Source: Octopus sinensis
Lineage: Eukaryota
Length of the DNA: 64,000 nt
Assembly: GCF_006345805.1 (NCBI RefSeq)
Contig: NC_043001.1
Location: forward strand, 75,702,001 to 75,766,000
Direction: 5' to 3'
Shown in pieces: positions 39,191 through 52,659 of the stretch (its first letter is position 1; each line of letters starts with the position of its first letter). The notes below the pieces were generated by a model. It was not told the DNA's origin and did no database searches. It was given only the letters and a program-made list of their open reading frames with translations. Position numbers and translations under genes: made by a program.

Positions 39191-39734
39191 TCAGGGAGAG
39201 AGGAAAAAAGAGAGAGAAAACAGAATGACACACGCAGAGAGAGTAAGGGGGAATCAGACTAGAAACTAAAGTCTAGCAATGAATAAAGTTACATACAAGA
39301 GTTAAATACAAGAGAGATGAGGCAGGATATCAAGGTAGATTATTATCGAAAAACCTAGACAAGAAGGAATCAATTGCGTAATGGTACCTAGATGCATCTC
39401 AACAAACACAAACTCACTGAATGCAACAACAGAGAATGAAAGAAATTATTATGAAAACCTAGAGGGTGAATGTTTGTGTTAATATTAAAAAACGGAAGAA
39501 TGAAAATTGAGAATTAAACTATTTTACTGCAAAAAATTTATATTATGATTGTGTAAAGTAGAAAGAAAAAGTAGACAAGGAATAGTTAAAGAATATAATT
39601 GATTTTTTATCCATATAAGTTATGTAATATCCATACTGGAACGGAAATATAGCGGTAGATAAAAGTAGACATAAGCATAAATATATGTTCATACTTATGT
39701 GTGAGCGTGTCAATATATGTATGTATATATATGT

Positions 39735-39791
<57 letters not shown>

Positions 39792-39980
39792 GCATACACA
39801 CATGCGCACACACAGACACAATAACACACAGACAAGTATATACATACACAATTATATGTTGATATAGAAAGAGACGGATGAGAGAGAAAAAGATGCATAT
39901 GCATATATACTTATGATACATCATATATTTATATATATATTATATATCTGCCTATCTATCTATCTATCTATCTATCTATG

Positions 39981-40020
<40 letters not shown>

Positions 40021-40079
40021 AATCTATCTATCTATCTAATCATATACATACATATGATGTGTTTTATTCGCCATTGAGG

Positions 40080-40516
40080 CACTATGAAACTAATATAGCA
40101 TCTACATATCATACTCAATAGACCGGGCATAACAATTATAGATGAGGAAAAGCGAAGTTGCTTACTAATCAACACATCATGCCCGTTTGATTACAGGATC
40201 GTAAAAAAGGAGGGCGAAAAACAAAAAATAAAAATACAATCCCTCAAAATTTGAAATATGTAGAATTTGGAGCCCGTTGGGAACAGTAAGCAAAGATATT
40301 GACACATTGCTGAAGAAGATAGAAATAGAATGCCCAGTAGATCTCCTATGGAAAGTTTGTCTTTTAGGGGAGGTAACGATTATCAGGAATGTTCTAAGCA
40401 CATGAAAAACAGCTGAACACTTATGGATACCTAAGGTTACAGCTAGTAACCCACTACCCAAATGAATCTTTCAAGGAATAAGACCGAACCTGAGCTAAAC
40501 CAAAATAATAATAATA

Positions 40517-40559
<43 letters not shown>

Positions 40560-40560
40560 T
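40080..40560 (+). mobile_element. 3' end of R4/Dong-type LINE running into (TAA)n
   Basis: NRPGITIIDEEKRSCLLINTSCPFDYRIVKKE..LKFEICRIW (RLE PD-D region), then 3' UTR and (TAA)n, the known Dong target. Confidence 0.75.
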
Positions 40561-40820
40561 CCTTTATCCCTGAGTATTCGAAAATGTAAACATCCTTTTC
40601 ATTGCAAAAGTCCTAGTGCATTCTCCAAATCGACAGACAAACGAACATCTCAAGAAAACTTAAAACTTTAGTATAATACCCAAATACGTAAACACGCCTT
40701 TTATTACAACAACACAATAGAATTCAGAAATTCAACGACGTGATTATCAGTATAGATGTATATATATATATAGTATATATATATTATGTGTGTGTGTGTA
40801 TATATATATATATATAATAT

Positions 40821-40880
<60 letters not shown>

Positions 40881-40901
40881 TTATATATATATATATATAT
40901 A

Positions 40902-41130
40902 CAGATGAATATGGTACTTAAGTTGAGACACAGAATTTAGTACGTTACTATCCATACAATTTCAATGTAAGGTGATTGAAATCAAAATAAGCAACAAGGA
41001 TATCCAAAGGTAATGCAGTAGGATCGTTTCATGCAACTCCATTTAATTGAACAATGCAATCATTACATCAATTTAAAGTGCAGAGCAATCTTCGGCTGCA
41101 CAAAGACATAGAATTTAATTAAAGTAAAAG
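40902..41130 (-). mobile_element. Hammerhead-bearing element (copy 2), motif at 41014-41100
   Basis: Minus strand TGCAG-CCGAAGA-long hairpin-GAAAC-GATC-CTA-CTGCA. Confidence 0.75.
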
Positions 41131-41229
41131 AGATCGACACATTAGTATAATTATACCTAAAATCTCCAAGACGTTAAGGAGATAGACAAAAAACATGCTG
41201 CCTTCACTCCGGCATAGAAGCTACGAGTA

Positions 41230-42818
41230 GTTTAGTCGCTCTGTTAAGACCCTCCGTTTCCGGTTTTAAATCACTTTTAGTCATCCACAGCCATCTTTTA
41301 TCTCTGTCTATCTTATCTTCAAAATCCCTACGAAATTTTCCGTGCATTCTTTTCTTTACCAACCTATTTTAAGTTTCATTCGTTTTCAAGTGATTGTATA
41401 GTGCTTAATTTTTGCACTCTTTCATCCTTCATAAGCCTGACCTTCTTACTTCTAATAATGACGGTTCTGAGGCGTTTTTTTACTACCAAGCTATGTTGTT
41501 TTCTTCGACTCTAATGCTGTTTTCGCATCCTATCAGTCCTCTTCCTCCTTTGTTTACTTGGTACATACAGTCTGTCTGCGACACTTTTTGGGTGGAGCAT
41601 CCCATATCTAGTTAGCAACTTCCTTGTCTTTCTGTCTAAGCTGTTTAATTCGTCTACTGTCCATGAGATTATCCCTGCTCTATATATAAGTAGTGAAACC
41701 ACCCAGGTGTTAATAGCCTCGATCTTATTCCGTCCGTGTAATTTCGACTTAAACATCAGGTTCACTCTGCGCAAGTACTCCACTTAAATTTTTGTCATAT
41801 CTTTCTCCATCAATTTGTCCATTTCCAATATCCCCAAGTAATTATAGCCCGCCTCTTCTATCTGCTAGCCCGTCCATACATTTGATTTTGCCTCTCTTCA
41901 ATACTAACAGACTACACTTTTTCAGTCCGAACTCCATTCTGATATCAGCACTGAAAGTATATACCGTATCAACGATGGAACTGTCTTGGGCTTCAACTTT
42001 ACCATAAAATTTGAGGTCATCCATGAATAATAAGTGGTTGCCGTTTTGTTGGCGACTCTTTAAGACATACCCAGCATTTTCTTTCCTCAGAATCAGTGCT
42101 AGTGGTATCATGCACAGTACAAAGATCAGTGGCGACAGGCAGTCCCCTTGGAAGATGCCTCTCCTGATTTCTATTGTCCATAACCTTCTTCCGTATGCTG
42201 TCCACTTCGCCATACTTTTTCCAAGCAATCGCTCAACATTCGATGCAACACCAAATAGGTTCCTACATTCCATAATCCAAGAATGTGGGATCATATCGTA
42301 CGCCTTACGATGATCGATCCATGACATGGCTGAGTTAGTTTTCCTCCTCTTGCACTCTCTAAGTACAGTTTTGTCTATCAGAAGTTGACGCTCGGTGCCT
42401 CTGCACTTACGCTTTGCAACCCTTCTGCTCATGTTGCAGGACTCCATTTTTCTCCAGATGTCCGTACATTGATTCTGTGGCTATTCCAGTCAATAATTTC
42501 CACATAATTGACAGGCAGGATATCGGCCTGTAATTGTCTAACCGTATTGCCTTTATCGATGCTTTTCAAGCACAGTACTTTCCTACCCATTGTTAACCAC
42601 CCTGGTGTTACTTGGTCAGCATTGAACAAGGAAGATTTGGTGAATGTCATGCAGGAGTAGCTGCACGATAATTACCAAATCTTTTGATCCAGTAACCTTG
42701 AACTCCATCGGGTCCCGGAGCCTTCCAGTTGCTCATTTTTTGCTGATTTCCTTCACTTCTCTAACTGAAATGAATAGTTCTCCCTGTTGTTTGTTTCAGA
42801 TCTTGCAACCATTCAGCA
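41230..42818 (-). mobile_element. R4/Dong-type non-LTR retrotransposon RT fragment
   Basis: NWKAPGPDGVQGYWIK, WIDHRKAYDMIPHSWI, RGIFQGDCLSPLIF, HLLFMDDLK, GMLHPKSVADRLY; frameshifted. Confidence 0.9.
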
Positions 42819-42985
42819 TGTGAGAGTACCAGTTGAGCATTGGGGACGATATGATCGATATAATCTCTCCCTCGAAAATTTCGGGTCTTTTATCAAACTT
42901 TGAAGCCATTATTACTACTGGGGTCGATGTAATCGACTGATCACATCCTCTCCCGAAATTGCTGGCCTTGTGCCCAAATTTAAAC

Positions 42986-42986
<1 letters not shown>

Positions 42987-43016
<30 letters not shown>

Positions 43017-43075
43017 TATCATTATTATTATTGTTGTTGTTGTTATCATCATCATCATCATCATCATTATTATTA

Positions 43076-43131
<56 letters not shown>

Positions 43132-43180
43132 CATCATCATCATATCACCATCCTCATCCTCTTCATCATCAAAATAATCG

Positions 43181-43251
<71 letters not shown>

Positions 43252-43270
43252 TTCATCACCATCATTATAA
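42987..43270. repeat. (TTA)/(GTT)/(ATC)n compound microsatellite
   Basis: Directly visible. Confidence 0.96.
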
Positions 43271-44059
43271 TATACATAGCTACCAAGAATTCAGTCACTG
43301 CATTTTATTTTCCTACTTCCATAATTTCTTTCCAGAATTTGTTTTCTTTCAAATCAGAAATATTATTTCTATATTATTCTTTAATAAATCTACTTGTTCC
43401 ATTTAACAATCATTTCTTGTGGTTTTCATTCCTCTTTTAAAAACATTTCGATTGATATGTAAACTTTCACTCTGATGGAGAAGCCATGTTTTGCATTGCG
43501 AAAATTATGATTCTGTAATTCTTTTTATAGGTATGTACACACACACACACACACAAGCACACAAACACACCCACACCGACAAACACACACTCAGATACAT
43601 ATATATATACATATATTATATACAAATATATATATATACATATCATATGTATATGTCTATATATATATGTACACGCATACATACATGATATATACACATA
43701 CATATATATATTAATATATAAGTATATATATATATATATTGATGTATGTATATATATATATATATTAATATTCAAATATTTTATATGTATATGTGTATGT
43801 GTGCTTGTGCAAATGTTTGTGTGTGTATGTATGTATGTATGTATGCATATATACATATATATATATATATATTCATTCGTTCAAAGCAGTGTAAAATTTG
43901 TTGTGTTAAATCAACCATTCTTTGCCTAAATTGAATTCCTGTAAGAGTTTCTATCATAAATGAAAAATAACATTTCATATTTTTATTTTTATTTATTCAC
44001 ACACAGACACACACAGACACACACACCACACACACACACACACACCACACACATACATA

Positions 44060-44116
<57 letters not shown>

Positions 44117-44316
44117 TATATATGTTTATATATGTTTATATATTTATTTATCTGTTTATTTGACTATTGAAACAACATTCAGCCTTTGCCAACGTGAAAT
44201 AAAATTCACAGGGATTGATCGCTTGATTCCAGATGAACGGTTCTAAGTCCTCTGTAGAAGAAAAGAGAAACACCCGGGGGGTAAGGAAAAATACCTTGAG
44301 GTGTATAGTAACGTTA

Positions 44317-44560
44317 GTGAAGGCGTGTGATATACTGGTAAGGATAAAAAGTTCGTGATTTCTCTATACTTGGACCCGGGACTGCGTTTTGCTCTTGAGT
44401 GAGACCTTTCCTTCGACGTTCCTCCAATTCATTCTGCTCGCAATACATAATCCTGCGAAGGGCTGGAGTCCGGTTTAAGGGAAAAGTTGTAATCTTAGTC
44501 CCTTATACGCCATAGAAACTGGGTCACATATGGCCCTAGGAGTCCTAAGATTCAAGACAA
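44317..44560 (+). mobile_element. SINE family C (degenerate)
   Basis: Similar to the copies at 18979 and 58608. Confidence 0.55.
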
Positions 44561-45506
44561 TAATGTCTGGGGCTCGATGATAATGAAGACGATGGTGATG
44601 ATGATGAAGATAATGATGACGATGACAATGACAGCGACGGCGGCGACGACGACGACGACGACAACGGCGACGATGATTATGGTGCTGATTATGGTGATCA
44701 TGTCTTTGTTACTGCTGAGTCGACAGATAATCGTTTGGTATACAATGACATCACATTCTAATCTAATTGTATTCGTTTACTGGGTTCAGATCACGTTGGA
44801 AATAGTTTTGATTTTTATTTTCCTCTCCCTGTTTCATAACATGAATGGAAAACTATTTTCCGTTCAGATTAAAACCATAGGGAAAAAATTATCTCCTTTT
44901 TTTTTATATAACTTTTTAGTTTTTTTAATCATGATAAACAATAATTATGAGAGTAAGAGAAGTTAGTGAAGGAAATGGCAGAATCCAGAATTGGCGGAGA
45001 CCTTTGTCGAGGGTCTGCTTCCTCACCAAATAATCCAAGAGTAAATACAGCATTTAAAAAAAGGATAGTTACTGAGAGGGAACGAAACGATATATATTTC
45101 AACAACAGCACAGAAGATCCTCGCATGTATACTATTTGATTAAGTGTCAGGCAGGACTACGTTATGGGTTCAAATCCGATAGAGGTATGGTCTAGTGTTT
45201 ATCTTTTTCGGATTGCAGAACTAATTATCAGTACGGCAGGAGTCTATTCAATAACCGAATAACACAAACGGGTGTCTTTAAACCCAGTTCAGACATCTTT
45301 ATCAGCGAAATGTGTATACATACATAGATTTAATCTGTCTTTATTTGTTACAATCATTGGACTGCGGCCAATGCTAGGTCGCCACCTTGAAGGGTTTTAG
45401 TTAAACAAATCGACTCTAGTACCTATGTTATTTTTTCAACTGGTATTATTATAGCGCTAAGAAGGGAAAAGCTGTAATTTCTGGATGTCTGGTTTTCAAT
45501 TTGACT

Positions 45507-45590
45507 GCATGGCCGCAGTCAAATAACTTAAACATTTAAAAGAATAAAAGAATATATAACTATGTGCATATATTTACTTATGTCTGTATC

Positions 45591-45621
<31 letters not shown>

Positions 45622-45643
45622 CATGTATTTACCTATCTATCTA

Positions 45644-45698
<55 letters not shown>

Positions 45699-45706
45699 TA
45701 TATAGC

Positions 45707-45770
<64 letters not shown>

Positions 45771-45870
45771 TATACATACAAACATGCATACATACATAAG
45801 TAAATATATACACATATTTAGACATTCTTTTATTCTTTTAAATGTTATATTCATTTGACTGCGGCCATGC
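45507..45870. repeat. ~95-bp inverted duplication around a (TA)/(TAGA) microsatellite
   Basis: gcatggccgcagtcaaat..acatttaaaagaataaaagaat..tatatttacttatgt mirrored at 45775-45870. Confidence 0.85.
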
Positions 45871-46696
45871 TGGATCACCGCCTTTCAATATATATATAAA
45901 TTTAAATTGAAAACCAACTAATTGAACTACCGAGAAGATTTATGAATAGTACGCCAATCTATGTTCCCGATTAACCCAGGAAAATCAAACTGAATGCTGA
46001 TTATTGTGGAGTCGTTGCATTTTAATGATCATAGAACATATAAATTTGCAAGCCATGTAAAGTAGAGGTGCTGAAGTGTTTTGGGAGTAGATTACGGATA
46101 ATGACTACAAAATATAGTTGTTTTACAGGAAAGCGAAATTTCTTGTCAGAAACAGCCACAAAAATAGTGTAATGAAATTGAAGGAAGTCCTTGAAACTTC
46201 CCCACTGCTTGTTTATTTTTTTCAACAGCAAAGGAATCTATTTTTCGGAGACATAAGCTAACAAAAGCCCCCTTTATTCTGTCTTCCTACATAACCGCAC
46301 ATAAATTAACAGCGAATGCTGCATAAAATTAAATTGACATGAAGCTTTCTGAAAGATACGTATAGCTTTCGTAAGTGGAAACAAAGCTCTTATGTAAAGG
46401 TTGATTCTTTAGGACGAGTCATATACGATTGTTTAAAAAAAAGGCTAGTACGACAATACTAAAACGTATTTGAAACAATGGACAACAGTCGGACTATCAT
46501 AATGGAAGGGTAAATAAGCACCTTTACAGTGAAACAACGCATTGGTAGGTAAAGAAATGTATCGAGAAATATAAGATAGAAGGAAGGAAACATCACCTTT
46601 CAAGTAACTCAGAATACGCAAACGTAAGCTTGCCAAAGTTTAATGCAGTTTAAATATGGAGATTAAGATTGTTTGGTATTAGATATTCATCGCATA

Positions 46697-46992
46697 CAGT
46701 GTTCCTAGCCAATTTAACCACTGTGGCAGGTGGTCAGTCGAAAAAAATAGACAAAAGCCTTTCACTTTTATAAAAAGATTAAAAAATTAATGAAGACCCT
46801 ACATACAAAAGTAATATGTCCATTTAGGTCCATTTACGCGGGAGCTCTGGGCAAAATGTTTAGTGTATGACCATCCTTGGGACATAAGTAATGTGAGTGT
46901 AAATTTTGATAAAAATAGGTTGGGAATTGTGGAAATGTATGCGTTCAGTGTTCCTAGTCAATTTAATCACCGATGCAGGTGGACAGTGGAAA

Positions 46993-47027
<35 letters not shown>

Positions 47028-47068
47028 ATAGACAAAATCCTTTCACTTTTATAAAAAAGATTAAAAAA
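46697..47068. repeat. ~90-bp direct repeat, ~250 bp apart
   Basis: cagtgttcctag.caatttaa.cac..gcaggtgg.cagt..aaatagacaaaa.cctttcacttttataaaa at 46697 and 46946; the second copy has an (AAAT)n expansion. Confidence 0.85.
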
Positions 47069-47357
47069 CATAAATGCACATACACTTACAAACCGACATA
47101 CACATACACGCAAACACACTCATGCATACACAGACACTAACGCACACAGACAGACATACACACACATATGTATGAAAAAATACGAATGGCTTTTCTGATA
47201 ATTTTACCACGTTAGTAATTAGATGCTTAAATACCTTATGATTTATAGACATCTATTTACTGATGTGGAAAATTATCAGAAAAGCCATTTCTCTACCTCC
47301 TTCCTATGTGTATGTATGTACATATGTATGCATGTATGTATGTATGTATATATTGCT

Positions 47358-47424
<67 letters not shown>

Positions 47425-47549
47425 CTATATACATATGTGTGTAATGATACATATGTATGTATATATATATAGGGAGAGAGAGAGTGTGGAAGAAAGGGAT
47501 AGTGAGAGACAGATTGACAGAGATAGAGAGATAGATAAATGTAAATATA

Positions 47550-47580
<31 letters not shown>

Positions 47581-47810
47581 CATATATACATATGTGTGTA
47601 TGTATACATATGTATATATATAGAGACAGAGACAGAGTGAGAGACAGATAGACAGAGATAGAGAGATAGAGAGATGTGTATGTATGTATGTATGTATGTA
47701 TGTATGTATGTATGTATGTATGTATGTATGTGATGTATGTATGTATGTATGTATGCTGTGTATGTAGGATGTAGTATGTATGTATGTATGTATGTAGATA
47801 GATATGGGAG

Positions 47811-50800
47811 CAAGTGCTACAACTTAGCAAACACTAACATAACAAGTGCAACATAAGCAAGTTCCTAATTTCGGCAAGTGCCATCTCACTAAGTCCTGCA
47901 CAAAAATGAAAGTATTGATCAGCAGAAATTGACCTCTTAACCTTTGAATTATCAACTATAATAACCTTAAAAACCGGCTAAACTAACTGCTACAATTTGT
48001 AATCCGGTTATAAACAACTTTCAAAAAATTAAATTTTTTAAAAATAATTTCACACTTTGAAAAATGGAAATTGAAATGAAAATTGTAGAAACGCAAAGAG
48101 TTAAAGACGAAATTCTCTATTGAGGGCATTCATACAGGGGCTGGAACGAAAACGGAAAGTACTGTTTGCTCTAGATGCTGCGATGGCAATTGTTCTTGAT
48201 CGATTTCAACGCCTCTGAACGAAAAGTTAAAGAATGTCACCTTCATAACCACGTACCAGCCCTTGCTATACAAAAAGTCGAGAAAGGCTTAAACAATATG
48301 GCATCCGAAGCCGTTACCACGCAGGTACCTCATCCCCGAACAATAAGTGATACACTACTAGGTACGACAAAAGAAGGATTGGTTCGAGTTCCGAAACGAA
48401 AGGCGTTGACAAGCAGAATCCAGAGGGAACTCAAGGCAAGTTGAAGTAGAGCTTCCACCAGAACAGCAACGGCCGCTGACTTGATGATCCACGCACAGTA
48501 CTAAACTGCAACTCACGGAGCTGATGAAGTCAGATTCTTGTAAGAAGATGCGTCTAGTGTACCAGATCAAATTTTTATTTTTCCTACTGACAGCATGCTT
48601 AGACAGGACAAGCCACAACCATCATGTGCGACGGTACATTCACAATCGCGCCAAGGCAATTTTAGCAGATTTATACGGTGCACTTCATAAAGCTCGTCGT
48701 CGTGTTAGCCATTATTTATGCTGTTTTTCTGTCCTAAGCTCAAGCTATTTATGACCGTTTGTGTGACGTTATACTGTGTCAGCTTCCTAACTTTTCACTT
48801 CAATATGCAGACTTTGAAATAGCAGCACTGAAGGCTCTCAGACAGGTCTTCTACAACTGTCAATTACAAATTTGTTTCTTTTTTCCCCTTTTCGGGAGCT
48901 ATATGGCGGAAAATCCAGGCACTTGGACTACATCGAAAATGAGCAGGTGAGGCACAATAGTTTGTGCGCTATGGCGCTTCTACCGGAAGCGCTTGTTGTA
49001 AATGTGTATGAAAACAAGATATATCTCAAGCAAATATTGCCACTATGAATTTACAGCCCTTAGTTTCATACTTTGAAGAGACTTCAGGCCCACTTTTTTC
49101 CCTTAATTTATGGAAAGGCAGAGAATGAACACCAAAAGGAATCCCAAGACAAATAAATCAACTAGAAGGATGGCACAGGAGAACACGGACATAATCTGAT
49201 TGTTCTCAACCTACTACTTGGAGGTTCATTAATGGTTTTAAGGAAGAAGCCCTGCAACATGCAGCTTTGCTACATATTCTTATAAGCGAAAATGCCCCAG
49301 CTTCAAGAAAAGAACAAAGAGATATCAACTCAAGGATTTCAAGCCTTATTGAACTCCACACCAACCGTGCAGTGAGGACAAAAGACTTCTATTGCTGTAT
49401 TGCTTACAACATCATCATGAATGTCTGAGTGATAAACTAAAAATTATTAAAGTATCTCTCTCTATATAAAATGCACTTTGTCTGTCTGTGTGTCTGTCAG
49501 GTTGTACCCTCACCCTGACCACGGATTTCAACCGATTCTGATGAAACTTGACACACACATAGCCCAATGCCATAATTCAAAACTAACGCAGCGAAAATTT
49601 TGAAACGTTTCCCCAGTTCTGAAAAAATTGATAAATTCGACATGGGGTCGAGAATTTAAGCTTTTCATATGCAACACATTTTCTGTTATAGTTTTCGCAA
49701 CTTGCAATCGATTTTCACCAAACTGCAATCGATTTTCACCAAACTAACATGGTGAAGCTTAATGTTACCCTAAGAAACTTAATTCTGACGTTACTTTTCC
49801 ATGCAATACCTTACCATCAGAAAAATTCGATAAAATCATGCCATTTTGGAAAATCGCGTTCAAATTCAAGATGACATATTTTCAACATTATCTTTAACAA
49901 ATTGGCAGGAATTTTTTTTTAAATTCACTGCGAGCATCATGTCTGCTCCAAGGAGCTATATGGCCCTTTTTATCCCAATATGATACTGTATTACTGGAAA
50001 AAATCGGTAATTAAATCATATGTGGCACACATAGCAAACAGATTTGTGTATTAAACACAAACCACAGACTGTCTAGGAGACGCAACTCGACCTTCTTTAA
50101 CTCTCTTACTCCCCCAAATAACTATCAAACAGCTATCGATAATTCAACCCACAGGGGGAAATCTAGACTTAATCTTCAAGGTATCCCACATACAAACCAA
50201 AGATTACATCGAAATCTCCAGACTAAACTAAGTTTTGGTGAACCAATTCCTACCAGGAAGAAATTACATTCGAGACTTTACCCCCAACACCGCCAGTCCA
50301 TCAATAAATCCCAAGGCCAAACGCTACAAGTCGCTGGGTTACATTTGGGCGAACAGTGCTTCGCCCACGGTCAACTCTACGTGGGCTGTTCACGCGTTGG
50401 GAGGCGCAATGATGTTTTCATGTTTTCGCCCAAAGGGACAGCTAGTAACGTCGTATACACAGAAGTATTCGAGTGAAGAGAAGACATTGCAACCTATACA
50501 TACGCCTTCGTTCCCTAGCGGGAAATGACTAGATCGGGATTAGTCGTTGCCAACTAGGGGCTCTTACATACCCGGGCAACGCCGGGCTATGCTGCTAGTA
50601 TAGTAATATTTTTGCCTTTATATCCTGTGTTTAAACACAGCTTGCTGAAATGGTGCTTGCTGATTTCAGGCATTTGCCATATCGAAGGGACTTGTTGAGC
50701 TGGGCAATGCGAAATTGGTAACTTTCTTGGTTTGTACTTGCTATGTTAAAGCTTGCTAACAGGTGGCACTTGGTGAAATGTTAAAATGTTATCTGCTAAA

Positions 50801-50843
50801 ATTCTACTTGTTGAGATTTTATTTGTTCAGTTAGGGTGCAATC
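47811..50843 (+). mobile_element. Degenerate MULE (Mutator-like) transposon with TIRs, interrupted by a Helitron
   Basis: HNHVP, CDGTFTIAP, ADFEIAALKALRQVF..QICFF and QLEGWHRR motifs at 48230-49200; 47811-47897 is inversely similar to 50688-50772. Confidence 0.75.
49455..50598 (+). mobile_element. Non-autonomous Helitron
   Basis: Inserted between A and T; 5' TC plus (GTCT)n; 3' hairpin cccgggcaacgccggg then CTAG at 50595-50598; no TSD. Confidence 0.88.
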
Positions 50844-50849
50844 GATAGA

Positions 50850-50884
<35 letters not shown>

Positions 50885-50886
<2 letters not shown>

Positions 50887-51275
50887 AATTATAAGTTCAG
50901 CAAAAATTTAGATTCAAATGAATATGGTACTTAATTTAGATGCGCCAGAATTTTGTATGGTGTTATCCATAAAAATCCGTGGGGTGATTATAATCAAAAT
51001 AAGCAACAAGAATGACTCCGGTAATTTGGTACGATCGTTTCGTACTACATCATTTTATTAAATGTTGTAAGTATTACAAATGATTTAAGATGGTGACTAT
51101 CTTTATAGAGGTTTCCCATTAATACAAAATTTTTTGTATTAATGGAAAACCTCTATAATTGGCTAATGAGTACTCAGCATCTTAAATCTGTTGTAATACT
51201 TACAACATTTAATAAAATGATGTAGTACGAAACGATCGTACCAAATTACCGGAGTAATTCTTGTTGCTTATTTTG

Positions 51276-51282
<7 letters not shown>
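50885..51282. mobile_element. Hammerhead-bearing element (copy 3) as a ~295-bp foldback; motif at 51156-51248 (+)
   Basis: Arms 50988-51128 / 51133-51281; TTGG-CTAATGA-GTACT..AGTAC-GAAAC-GATC-GTA-CCAA; (TA)n on both flanks. Confidence 0.8.
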
Positions 51283-51310
<28 letters not shown>

Positions 51311-51635
51311 TCATGCATACATACATATACATACATAGATACATATGTGTATTATGTGTGTGTATACGCGCGCGCGTGTGTGTGTGTGTCTATATAAATA
51401 ATTAGTACGTAGCTTCAAAAACATGTTATAATATTTAGAATATCTCATTTGTAGAGTTCTATTGGATCTACGAGATTTTCTCATTCATATAATAAATAAC
51501 CTTACCAAGTTCTACATACATCTTCAATTTAATCATAGCGTAAGCCATATCCATATTTTATATATACTTTATCTACAAATATTATTATAAACTGGTGTGA
51601 GTCATTCATTACTGAAGTACCCAACAGGTATGGAC

Positions 51636-51678
<43 letters not shown>

Positions 51679-51727
51679 TATATACATGCATATATGTATG
51701 TGTATATATATAAGTATGTATATTTTG

Positions 51728-51774
<47 letters not shown>

Positions 51775-51799
51775 ATATATATATGTATATATATACATT

Positions 51800-51871
<72 letters not shown>

Positions 51872-52198
51872 TGTGTGTGTGTGTGAATTCTTTCTTAAAA
51901 TATTACAGTGAAATGTTGTTATATTGAACCTTGAAAACTATTGTATATTAATTACTTTAGTCTTTTGCGCTATACTTTTCCGCATTAATCTGATTTATTG
52001 CTTTCGTACGATTTTCTTTGCTGTAGTTTCCATTCTATGGGTTCTGCATCAACGAAATGTGATTAATTTACATTGAATAACTTCCTTTCATCCTTTGCAT
52101 GTTCGCAGATCTGTGTATACTAGTTAACAGTTGCAAGCTTTGTTGTAATACAGTGTTGTATCAAATAGTATATATATGTATATATATATAATATATAT

Positions 52199-52277
<79 letters not shown>

Positions 52278-52570
52278 ATACCCCTGATAGCGAATGTAGC
52301 GTAGATGGTGAAGGTGATCTGATTGGGTGAAGTCGCTCAATATTGGTTTACAATCATTTATATATGGCATGAGTCATTGACAGACGGAATGTGAGAATAT
52401 GTGTTCTGAAGATCCATTAAACGGCCCAGTCAACTTTGATGCAAATAGGTGCCTCAGAGTATTGTATGTCATCTTTTAGAATACCAGTCGTGCTCTCTGA
52501 TTTATAAACGCGTATTTCAGTGGATTGCTGAGCGGTGACAACGCAGGGGTTTCTATACATATACATATGC

Positions 52571-52631
<61 letters not shown>

Positions 52632-52659
52632 ATATATATATATGCACACACGACACACA

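Noticed and set aside
44975-45140. Short ORF MAESRIGGDLCRGSASSPNNPRVNTAF..
   Set aside because: About 54 codons, no recognised homology and no convincing splice donor.
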